Origin: Candidatus Levyibacteriota bacterium
GTDB taxonomy: Bacteria > Patescibacteriota > Microgenomatia > Levybacterales > UBA12049
Length of the DNA: 64,000 bases
Reading direction: 5' to 3'
Assembly: GCA_963790825.1 (NCBI GenBank)
Contig: CAWBPM010000002.1
Span: 359,159-423,158 of the forward strand
The notes under the pieces are model-generated. The model saw nothing but the letters and a program-made list of their open reading frames with translations. It did no database searches and was not told the DNA's origin. The translations under genes were made by a program, and so were the position numbers. Shown here one piece after another: positions 57,401 through 64,000 of this stretch (positions are counted from its first letter, which is position 1; the number at the start of each line of letters is the position of its first letter).

Positions 57401-57681
57401 GTGAATCTGATGAGATAGGAGCTGCTTTACGAAAAATAGGTACTAACGAAACGCCGCAGCAATTAAGGGGTAGCATTATCCAGGATAATTTTAAACCGGA
57501 TGACCCAATTGAAGCCGGCGCATTTAATGAGTTATACGACCAGGAACCAACCATTCGTGATGCAGTTGCCAAAATGGTTGCATCAACGAAATTACAAAAC
57601 AACATGGGACCCAATCAGGATGCCATTTCTTCAGGTCCTTTCATTTATACCAGCATGTGGAAACCGCTTAATGGTTATTAA
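54451..57681 (+). CDS. 1076-aa single-pass membrane protein with a Thr/Pro-rich repetitive ectodomain
   Basis: The N-terminus has two roughly 33-aa repeats (PRLERALASFGYDSNDFLQRIKIKPE / PRLERPLTSFNPDGKDFLKRVKIGAE). TM RFAGRVAVAALTLAGVLGAMPG. A TP-rich region with YYPPPPPYIPPPP x2 follows. Exact 54-aa tandem repeats and a conserved C-terminal globular region are also present. Confidence 0.6.
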   Translation: MTEKSLIHRLVEDHSRNRAFKRIAAEKGNALAIAEINKDTRAFHKKREERKIILPLNNSLPETPGTEPMPALQIVPTITDSSEFMLDVISDTPISLKELFFQTISEPDQSGNTDLLSPVAEPRLERALASFGYDSNDFLQRIKIKPEVPTETGPRLERPLTSFNPDGKDFLKRVKIGAEPTETETKQPASTQTPELVEAPVIKPIEMPRGRRKRFAGRVAVAALTLAGVLGAMPGRTSADQASTTPRAITSDSSLVIPTPDITNPITVTTVLSGTRVTSSITGTENITSTNPLTVTDAAPITSTENISQTNPLTNTDGISDTNPLTLTDTSPISPTGTAIATPEPSGTPTPDDPSPSTTSSPTPSSTGTPNPYINPDTVFPPSIYSGPRVDYTINQPGPHAILKERVPGDGSTDYASDTKDGLDTVSAMLNPKTNQPDHMYVCQVYTDYNGKNAITTKFVESSLLTQSQLNTITLPGNGIDLAYNADKLNLIPTGGIKTNTYAFETLPGNECAPKAPPPPCKTPTGTPTAIPSETATNTPSATASETLTATPLPTETPQNTPTGTPTAIPSETATNTVTPVPTDTLTPTATATRTATPYYPPPPPYIPPPPYYPPPPPYIPPPTLTFTPVPTATATFTFTPTPSATETSTNTPTITPVATNSETPTATKTPRPRPSATPHLVKQTCETIVNKVKNMKELTKKQKTKLEEQLEKKYHLICNIIPTPSRTPRPTHTRTATATRTETPKPPHTPTPTDTLTPTATKTATRTATSTRTATATFTFTPRPTETHTPTATPTETPKPPHTPTPTDTLTPTATKTATRTATSTRTATATFTFTPRPTETHTPTATPSETPKPTSTRTATATATFTATLTPTPTDTLTPTATRTSTRTPTFTATLTPRPTRTETPVPPTPTRTATMVPPKTGAFAESGILSDLLWSQPVKKDKNFNKICYYDFSKNNQHVRYRSAEGFIKGVAATHILTDPSESDEIGAALRKIGTNETPQQLRGSIIQDNFKPDDPIEAGAFNELYDQEPTIRDAVAKMVASTKLQNNMGPNQDAISSGPFIYTSMWKPLNGY
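56677..57000. repeat. Two copies of a 162-bp coding tandem repeat
   Basis: GAAACTCCAAAACCACCACATACACCGACTCC ... recurs at 56677 and 56839. It encodes ETPKPPHTPTPTDTLTPTATKTATRTATSTRTATATFTFTPRPTETHTPTATP(T/S). Confidence 0.8.
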
Positions 57682-57700
57682 ATCCTCCCGCAACAATTAT

Positions 57701-58480
57701 TTAAAATATAAATCGTACAGAATACAAAGAAGTATTTGTTCTTGTTTGAGTGGGCGGAATTGAAGAACGACGAGATGAAGTATGACTATCTTTTTTGTTT
57801 GTCGCATGTGATCGACTGGCTGGATTCTCCTTTGTTGCAACGTCAATGATGCTATATGAATCAATGCCAAACTGCCAGCATGTTAAAAGACCGATTTGAT
57901 TCTTTTTAATTTCACTGGCAACCCGAGTAAACTCATCAAGCGTCTTCACAACATTTATCGAATCGACAGTAAATATGTGAGGCGCTCCTTGCAAATCTTT
58001 TTTTTGTAGGTAAGGTATCAACCGAACTTCGGCTCCTATTTGTAAACCTTGTTTTTGCAGATAAGATACCGGAGAAGAAGACAAAGAAACTCCCCGAAAA
58101 ACCATTCCGCGATCATCATCTTCGCCCATTAAAAGATTGCCGATACGTGATATTCCTCTATATTCAGGATACAGACAATTCGTCGATTTGGTATAGCGAA
58201 CATTTGCCCTATCTACACTGATACTTGGAATAGTAAGAAGTTCTACTACCGGATTTTGCTCCCAGGCTGAAGCAGGGAGGTCTGCGCAGATATTACTTGC
58301 CTTATGGAGTGGGGGAGGATCTGACTGAGCGAATGTATGTGATTCACCTAATACTGGTCCGCCAATAATTGGAAGAGAAGCAAGAACTAAACGACCGGCT
58401 GCGTTTCTAATTTTCCCAAATCTTTTTCCCGGTTCAATCTCTGACCGATTTCCCATTGCGTTATTATAGTATGAGCCCAT
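57701..58480 (-). CDS. Hypothetical protein
   Basis: ORF only. Confidence 0.3.
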   Translation of the reverse strand: MGSYYNNAMGNRSEIEPGKRFGKIRNAAGRLVLASLPIIGGPVLGESHTFAQSDPPPLHKASNICADLPASAWEQNPVVELLTIPSISVDRANVRYTKSTNCLYPEYRGISRIGNLLMGEDDDRGMVFRGVSLSSSPVSYLQKQGLQIGAEVRLIPYLQKKDLQGAPHIFTVDSINVVKTLDEFTRVASEIKKNQIGLLTCWQFGIDSYSIIDVATKENPASRSHATNKKDSHTSSRRSSIPPTQTRTNTSLYSVRFIF

Positions 58481-58572
58481 AGAATATTCAAGCTGAAGAA
58501 TGGTATGCTTTTTTATGAAAAAAGGATTAAACTAATAATATCAGTAATTTATTTCAGTCTTTATTCAGCCAT

Positions 58573-60069
58573 TTGCTGAATAATAAAATTTACATGCAAA
58601 TTAAAAAACATAGTTGGATTAATTGGTATTATCTGGCTGTTTTGGCTATTTTTTTATTAACAATTTTTTTGCGTTTTTATAATTATCCCAACAGGTGGGG
58701 GCTGGCATCTGACCAGGCAAGAGATGCAATCATTATAGAAAAGTCAATCCAACTCCACTCTCTTCCGTTCATAGGTCCATTTTCAGCCTCAGGTCCATTT
58801 GTTTTCGGCTCTTCGTGGTACATTATTTTTATTTTCTTTACTGCCATTCTACCCAACTCTGTTTTGACACCCTGGATAATACAAGGCATCTTCTTTTGTC
58901 TTATAGTCCTTCTTATGATCCACATCGGAAGAAAAATCGAAGGGAAAAGTCTGGGACTTTTGGCAGGACTGTTTACCGCTCTTTCTACTTCACAAGTAAT
59001 ATTATCAACAAACTTAATCTTTTCCGCTCTTGTAAGTGTCATTAGTGTAATTTGCCTGTATTTTTTTATTAAAGCAATAAATGAAAAAAATAATTATTTT
59101 CTTAGCATTTTAGGTTACTTCATAGGCCTGGCAATTACAATCCATTTTCAGGCCATACCGCTTTTTTTACTACTCATCATCGTGTTTTGTGCGAAACGTA
59201 AGTGGTCATCTGTAATATTTGCGCTTTGGGGCTTTATTCTTCCTTTTATCCCGCTTATTGTTTTTGATATTGAAACTAACTTTCATGAAAGTAGTAGTTT
59301 AATTAAATATTTTTTCTCAGCAAATACTGCACCGATAACTGTTCGCTGGCTTACCTATGCAGGTATATTCTGGCCAAAGGTATGGGCTGATATTATCGGC
59401 GGATATACGCCAATTGGGTATCTTATTATAATTTGTACAATTCTCACAAGTACTATTTTCTTGATAAAAAAGAAAATACCACAAACAATGGTATACGTTT
59501 TATTAGGATTTTTAGGGATAGTTGTAATACTGCGTTATTTCCAGGGCACGTTATTTGAGAACTTTTTGTCATTTCTTCATCCGTTTGTTATTTTGATTAC
59601 TGCCTGGATTTGTCTGCAAATAGTTAAATATAATAAATACCTGGGGATAGGTCTCATAACGATTATTGTAGTATTATCCTTTATTGCCAGCTTCACTGCC
59701 ATTACTAATGCCCAAAATCACACTAAAGATGAGACTATTCTCTTGCAATCCTTCATCGAGAAGAAGTATCCCAATAAGAAATTTGCAATTTATGATTATC
59801 AGTACGGAAATACTGCACAGAGTTTGCCTTTGAGTTTATTTCTTTTTATAAAGCGAGAGACAGGTCCGTCTGGTATTCGGATCGGTATCACAAACCAGGG
59901 ATCGATGAGTCCTCTGTATCCACTTCTTTATCACATCGATCTACCTTATGGAATAAATGTTTATGATTTAAATGGCGCGACACCAGGGGATTTGGCACGG
60001 GACAAATGGATACTCGTTAATCCGCGAGCAGTCTTTAATTCTATGCAGGATTGGTATAAGGAGGAGTAG
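58573..60069 (+). CDS. GT-C fold membrane glycosyltransferase (ArnT/PMT-like)
   Basis: About 12 TM helices. N-terminal RFYNYPNRWGLASDQARDAIIIEKS, with an Asp-containing first-loop motif typical of polyprenyl-phosphate-sugar-dependent GT-C enzymes. Confidence 0.5.
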   Translation: MLNNKIYMQIKKHSWINWYYLAVLAIFLLTIFLRFYNYPNRWGLASDQARDAIIIEKSIQLHSLPFIGPFSASGPFVFGSSWYIIFIFFTAILPNSVLTPWIIQGIFFCLIVLLMIHIGRKIEGKSLGLLAGLFTALSTSQVILSTNLIFSALVSVISVICLYFFIKAINEKNNYFLSILGYFIGLAITIHFQAIPLFLLLIIVFCAKRKWSSVIFALWGFILPFIPLIVFDIETNFHESSSLIKYFFSANTAPITVRWLTYAGIFWPKVWADIIGGYTPIGYLIIICTILTSTIFLIKKKIPQTMVYVLLGFLGIVVILRYFQGTLFENFLSFLHPFVILITAWICLQIVKYNKYLGIGLITIIVVLSFIASFTAITNAQNHTKDETILLQSFIEKKYPNKKFAIYDYQYGNTAQSLPLSLFLFIKRETGPSGIRIGITNQGSMSPLYPLLYHIDLPYGINVYDLNGATPGDLARDKWILVNPRAVFNSMQDWYKEE

Positions 60070-60099
60070 GAAAGAGAACTCTCAGAAACTGATCAAAGT

Positions 60100-60171
60100 G
60101 GACGATAAGGGACTCGAACCCCTGACATTCGCAGTGTAAATGCGACGCTCTACCAGCTGAGCTAATCGTCC
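60100..60171 (-). tRNA. tRNA-Val (anticodon UAC)
   Basis: Acceptor stem GGACGAT/ATCGTCC. D-arm GCTCAGCTGGTAGAGC. Anticodon stem TCGCA/TGCGA with loop TTTACAC. T-arm AGGGG-TTCGAGT-CCCTT. Length 72 nt. Confidence 0.85.
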
Positions 60172-60280
60172 GTCTCCAAATTATAATCGATTTCCCTCTT
60201 TCGATCAAGGATTAGAGCCTTGATTGGACCAAGACGTAGAGCGGTCAGCAAACTTACTTAACCAGTCTTATGGAATATTT

Positions 60281-60487
60281 TTATGTCTTACTTTTCCAAG
60301 CCCGGGCTGCCACTTTCGCATCTGATTCTGATAGCACTTGTATAATAATTCCCATTTGTACCAATACGTATTCTCCCACAGATATTTTTTCGCCGCCGAT
60401 GAGTGCGAACCGCCGTTCACCCGGATATTGAACCACCGCTTTTTTACCTTCAATTTTTATTACTTTTCCCGGTGCCGCAATACACAT
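60281..60487 (-). CDS. hypC: [NiFe]-hydrogenase maturation chaperone HypC/HupF
   Basis: N-terminal MCIAAPGKVIKI is the MC(L/I)(A/G)xP signature. 68 aa. Confidence 0.8.
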   Translation of the reverse strand: MCIAAPGKVIKIEGKKAVVQYPGERRFALIGGEKISVGEYVLVQMGIIIQVLSESDAKVAARAWKSKT

Positions 60488-60711
60488 AGTAAAATAAGTA
60501 TAGAGAATACAACCCGTTAAAGAAAGAGGCTGTATTTTATTTTCTATGCTGATCTGGTATACACCCCTGCAAACAAAATATAATAAGTATAATGCCTAGC
60601 GTAGCTTTGATTCAATAAAACTCTTTACAACAATTAAATCTCCATTTTGTTTTCTCCAGAAGGTATTACTAAAGTTTGCAAAATCAAAGCGAAGTGGTAT
60701 AAGATAGTTTT

Positions 60712-61218
60712 ATGGATCAAGCTGCTTTTCCGCAACAAAAAAAATTGCGTGTCGGTTGGTTTTCATTTACCTGTTGTGAAGACAGTACCATTTTATTTAC
60801 TGAACTTTTAAATGATCATTTTGACGAATGGAAAAAGTTAGTCGATTTTAAATATATTCATCAATTGAAATCAACCAATGATCCGACCAATCTGGACGTA
60901 GCGTTTATAGAAGGCGCGCTTTCTTCAGTAATGCAGGAACAGAAAGTTCTGAAAATTCGTGAACAGGCCAAATATGTGGTTGCAGTTGGCGCTTGTGCAT
61001 GTACCGGACTTCCGTCCGCTACCAGAAATTCTTTCGTTCCGGAACAAATTACGCAGAGAATTGAAGAATATATGAAAACATTTAATTATAATCAGAAAGT
61101 AAAAAAACTTGATGAGGTAATTCGTGTTGATGATATGGTTTACGGGTGTCCGATGAATGTGCAAACTTTTCAAGCAGTTTTGGAAAAATATTTAAAACTT
61201 TTTCAGATAATTCCGTAA
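60712..61218 (+). CDS. [NiFe]-hydrogenase small subunit, NuoB-like
   Basis: FTCCEDS (CCxxE), VGACACTG (GxCxxxG) and VYGCPMN (GCP) give the four Cys ligands of the proximal [4Fe-4S] cluster, as in NuoB and group-4-type small subunits. 168 aa. Confidence 0.7.
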   Translation: MDQAAFPQQKKLRVGWFSFTCCEDSTILFTELLNDHFDEWKKLVDFKYIHQLKSTNDPTNLDVAFIEGALSSVMQEQKVLKIREQAKYVVAVGACACTGLPSATRNSFVPEQITQRIEEYMKTFNYNQKVKKLDEVIRVDDMVYGCPMNVQTFQAVLEKYLKLFQIIP

Positions 61219-61231
61219 TAAAAATAACCAT

Positions 61232-62536
61232 ATGCATTCCGGGGAAATTACAATCGAAAACATTAGCAAAATTGAAGGTTCTGCGGGACTCAAAGTAGTG
61301 ATTGAAGAAGGTACGGTCAAAGACTGTAAATTTATTATCCAGGACTACCGGAGATTTTATACTGACGCCGTAAAAGGAAAACCGCTGGTCGCAGTTCCTT
61401 CTTTCTTGTCCCGCATTTGCGGAACCTGTTCGGTTGCACATTTATTTGCCTGTATTAAGGCAATTGAGCGGTCTCAGGGAATTGAGGTTTCTGGGCAGTC
61501 AAAACTACTTCGTCGGCTGGCTTATGACGGACTGATGATTCGTGATCATGCTTTGCATTTATACTTTTTTGTATTGCCGGATATTCTCGGTGTTGATTCG
61601 ATATTGGATATACCGGATGATGATAACAACATGGGTCATCAGCTTCTCCACGACTCGTTTGACATCAAACGAATCGGTACGGATATTACCAATGTTATTA
61701 TCGGCACTGCAATTCATGCTCCGATTCCGACAGTTGGCGGATTTTTAAGAAACCCTGATCCGACGAAATTTCCCGATCTTGTTACCCGTCTTGAAACAGT
61801 ACGTTTACAAGTAATACGTGGAATTAAAACTTTTTTTGATTGGAAAGAAACTCTCGTCAGAAATTCTGATTACATGTATTTGCGAAGTGACAAACAATAT
61901 GATTTTTTAGATGGTGATATTTGTACCTCGTCCGGAAAACGAGCAACTAACACGGAGTTTCTCAGTTTCCTGGAAAAAGTAATTATTCCTTATTCACAGT
62001 CTGAGGGATATACGATGTCCGATACACACAAAGATTATCTGGTCGGCGCTTTAGCCCGAATAAATTTTAATCAGGATCTGCTTCATCCCCGCACAAAACA
62101 AGACGCCGCAGCATTTCTTACTGCTTTTCCCTCGCATAATATTCATCACAATAATCTGGCGCAAGCTATCGAGGTGCTCCAATGCGTAGATGATGCCATA
62201 GATATTCTCAAAACAATTAAAATTAATCCGGAAGAAAAACCGGTGAAATATTCGCCAGTTGCCGGAATTGGCGTCGGCGTAGTCGAAGCACCGCGGGGAA
62301 TCTTATATCACATGGCAAAAGTAAACGCCCAAGGATTAGTAGAAGATTATGACGTAATTGTTCCGACTGCCCAAAATCAAATTACGATTGAGAACGACTT
62401 AAAAAAATACTTTAACGAAAATTTAGATAAAGATGAGGCGACGATTCATCATGAAGCTGAAAAAATTGTACGGGCTTATGATCCCTGCATGTCTTGCGCA
62501 ACTAACTTTCTCACTATTGATTGGATCCGCTCGTAA
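61232..62536 (+). CDS. [NiFe]-hydrogenase large subunit
   Basis: N-terminal RICGTCSVAH (RxCGxCxxxH). C-terminal DPCMSCATN (DPCxxC), but Asn replaces the canonical His/Arg, and only 9 residues follow the motif. 434 aa. Confidence 0.85.
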   Translation: MHSGEITIENISKIEGSAGLKVVIEEGTVKDCKFIIQDYRRFYTDAVKGKPLVAVPSFLSRICGTCSVAHLFACIKAIERSQGIEVSGQSKLLRRLAYDGLMIRDHALHLYFFVLPDILGVDSILDIPDDDNNMGHQLLHDSFDIKRIGTDITNVIIGTAIHAPIPTVGGFLRNPDPTKFPDLVTRLETVRLQVIRGIKTFFDWKETLVRNSDYMYLRSDKQYDFLDGDICTSSGKRATNTEFLSFLEKVIIPYSQSEGYTMSDTHKDYLVGALARINFNQDLLHPRTKQDAAAFLTAFPSHNIHHNNLAQAIEVLQCVDDAIDILKTIKINPEEKPVKYSPVAGIGVGVVEAPRGILYHMAKVNAQGLVEDYDVIVPTAQNQITIENDLKKYFNENLDKDEATIHHEAEKIVRAYDPCMSCATNFLTIDWIRS

Positions 62537-62877
62537 TTAACTTGCGCATTTTGAGGTACTCCAATAATTGTCACTTTTCCCAATTTATTTAATTTCTTTA
62601 AATACTTTAATTGAAAACCAAGGTCGTAGTCATGCGCGGTTACACTTTTATTTACGGACAATTTGTCAATATCCGCTTCTGTAAGCAAAGTAGCTTCGGA
62701 TAATCCCCGGACAGTGTCAAGCAGTATGACGTGCGCCTGACCGGTAAACGGCAAATCTTGGTTAGGTGGTACGAAAATAAAATTAATCTGAGGGAAAGAC
62801 TTTTACAATTTCCGCGTAACAGTAAATACCGCGTTATCTTCCGGAATATCCTGATTTCCAAAAACATAGATAGTCAT
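62476..62877 (-). pseudogene. Hydrogenase maturation endopeptidase (HycI/HybD/HoxW family), interrupted by an in-frame TAA at codon 25
   Basis: Hand translation from ATG 62877: MTIYVFGNQDIPEDNAVFTVTRKL, then TAA (62805-62803). The same frame continues: KSFPQINFIFVPPNQDLPFTGQAHVILLDTV ... SVTAHDYDLGF ... to the stop at 62476. The N-terminal GN...D, the ILLDTV Asp region and the AHD His region are all in one frame. The 3' 61 nt overlap the large-subunit gene on the opposite strand. Confidence 0.55.
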
Positions 62878-62907
62878 ATTCTGTTTATTTTATCATGGAA
62901 AGGTTGT

Positions 62908-63624
62908 ATGATGGGTTCTATGAATTCAAAAGCTTTACAATTCGCATCCAGATTTTCTCTGCCGCCAAATTCGCTGGGATATTGCGGAAAGAATACAGCT
63001 CCGGCTAGATTTAAAGAATGTATTATTGAAGAAAAATGTGAGAGTGTTGCAAAGGAACTCCGGCAGTTTATAGTTCTTAATCCTTATTTAAAAACACTGG
63101 CAAAAATCAGCAAAAAGCCGAGATTTTCTTACGAAGTTATCGAAAGCTATTGGCTGGGAAATGATTTACTGACACTCGCCAAGAGAGAGCATTATGAATT
63201 ACTTCTCGATAATTTCATTAAACAAGGTGTACCTGATTTTTTTGTTGCAGAACTTCAGAAAAAACAACCTCATCAATTTATACCGAATCATTTGTTCCAA
63301 GTGCTTCATGTTGGCGTCGGAAGAGCAAGCGGTGCCGTACCGTTTTCAATTCAAACGATCAATAACTGCATGATACGCTGGGGAAGAGTAAAAAAAATTC
63401 AAAAAGAGCATATTAATGTTGCACTTCATTCGCTGAGAGAGAAAAAGCATGGTTATATGTTAACAAAACGTGTAGAAAATGTTCCATTTGATTCTCTTCT
63501 TGTAGCAAATATACAAATAAATGACATTGTCGCAGTTCACTGGAATATGGTAATAAAAGTTCTAAATGCGAGAGAAGAAAACAATTTGCAATTTTGGACA
63601 GAACAGGTTATTGCATCCATTTAG
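62908..63624 (+). CDS. Hypothetical protein
   Basis: The likely start is the ATG at 62908 (MMGSMNSK...). The upstream part of the track ORF overlaps the protease gene. Confidence 0.3.
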   Translation: MMGSMNSKALQFASRFSLPPNSLGYCGKNTAPARFKECIIEEKCESVAKELRQFIVLNPYLKTLAKISKKPRFSYEVIESYWLGNDLLTLAKREHYELLLDNFIKQGVPDFFVAELQKKQPHQFIPNHLFQVLHVGVGRASGAVPFSIQTINNCMIRWGRVKKIQKEHINVALHSLREKKHGYMLTKRVENVPFDSLLVANIQINDIVAVHWNMVIKVLNAREENNLQFWTEQVIASI

Positions 63625-63665
63625 TAAGAATTATTTAATTTTTCAGTATTGACTATAAGTATACT

Positions 63666-64000
63666 TCACCCAGATCTGTCATTCTGAGGCTTTGCCGAAG
63701 AATCCCATATATTTTTATCTCCTTTCCTGGTTGTTAACCAGAAAATGCTAAGTCCAAAAACCAGCCAAACAGTTTGAGGTGATAAAATCAATGTCCAGGT
63801 GTGTGTGATAAAGATTACTGAAAGAATATTAGTAATAAGTGTTGCGACTGTTAATACTGACGTAACCACAATTGCAGGGGCATATTTGAGCGCCCGATAC
63901 CAACTCATAACGTACCCAAGCAGTAAAAACATAGTGAGGAGAAACCAGAACCACTGCGTTGGGGTTAAAATCATGCTTTTTGCTAAAGCGTGTGGAGCTA
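63666..64000 (-). CDS. Membrane protein, possibly EamA/DMT-like, C-terminal part only; gene probably continues beyond the window
   Basis: Hydrophobic helices. The ORF is open to the window edge. Confidence 0.25.
   Translation of the reverse strand, partial: APHALAKSMILTPTQWFWFLLTMFLLLGYVMSWYRALKYAPAIVVTSVLTVATLITNILSVIFITHTWTLILSPQTVWLVFGLSIFWLTTRKGDKNIWDSSAKPQNDRSG

Noticed and set aside
62652-62867. 71-aa minus ORF, read as a separate gene
   Set aside because: It is an alternative frame across the hydrogenase maturation-protease pseudogene. The protease frame (ATG 62877, TAA at codon 25, then continuing to 62476) explains the region better.

Overview
This AT-rich window (roughly 36-38% GC by eye) looks like a bacterial chromosome segment with standard stop codons, since TGA, TAA and TAG all end long ORFs. 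The gene content points to a small-genome Gram-positive-like or candidate-phyla-radiation-like organism, but that is inference only.

Main contents:
1. Positions 1-13.6 kb carry a cell-envelope glycan biosynthesis cluster on the minus strand. It holds a FemAB/CelD-like acyltransferase (partial), a PIG-L deacetylase, a GT4, two GT2s and a Wzx-like flippase. It also holds a 1577-aa four-module fusion protein (Dpm1-like GT2, processive QxxRW GT2, Wzx-like flippase, GT4) and a co-transcribed 66-aa excisionase-type HTH. A divergently encoded 738-aa paralogue carries the two-GT2 N-terminal half.
2. Positions 13.7-18.5 kb hold three tandem paralogous secreted Asn/Thr/Ser/Gly-rich repeat proteins. They share a roughly 90-aa module with an 'NTGGDT-I-TG' core. 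Two of them end in sortase-like C-terminal sorting signals.
3. Housekeeping genes follow: typA/bipA, eno, gpmA, hflX, a DEAD-box helicase with an RRM protein, UDG, a PAS histidine kinase and MazG. There is also a processive GT2 fused to a GH26 hydrolase, a class-A beta-lactamase-fold protein, and a MarR / membrane-fusion-protein / EmrB efflux operon.
4. Four tRNAs are present, all on the minus strand: Gln-UUG, Gly-GCC, Phe-GAA and Val-UAC. The tRNA-Gln locus is surrounded by three direct copies of its 3'-terminal 15-mer and by a duplicated 5' half that brackets a GIY-YIG gene. This suggests serial integration remnants.
5. There are two IS elements. One is a complete IS1595-like element with 19-bp perfect terminal inverted repeats (TIRs), inserted at the 3' end of tRNA-Phe. 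The other is an rve/IS481-like element.
6. A conserved roughly 105-nt hairpin-containing repeat sits at the 3' ends of two genes.
7. A 1076-aa Thr/Pro-rich membrane protein carries 162-bp tandem repeats.
8. A minimal [NiFe]-hydrogenase locus holds hypC, a NuoB-like small subunit, and a large subunit lacking the canonical C-terminal His. Its convergent maturation-protease gene is broken by an in-frame TAA and overlaps the large-subunit 3' end.

No CRISPR array and no rRNA genes were seen.
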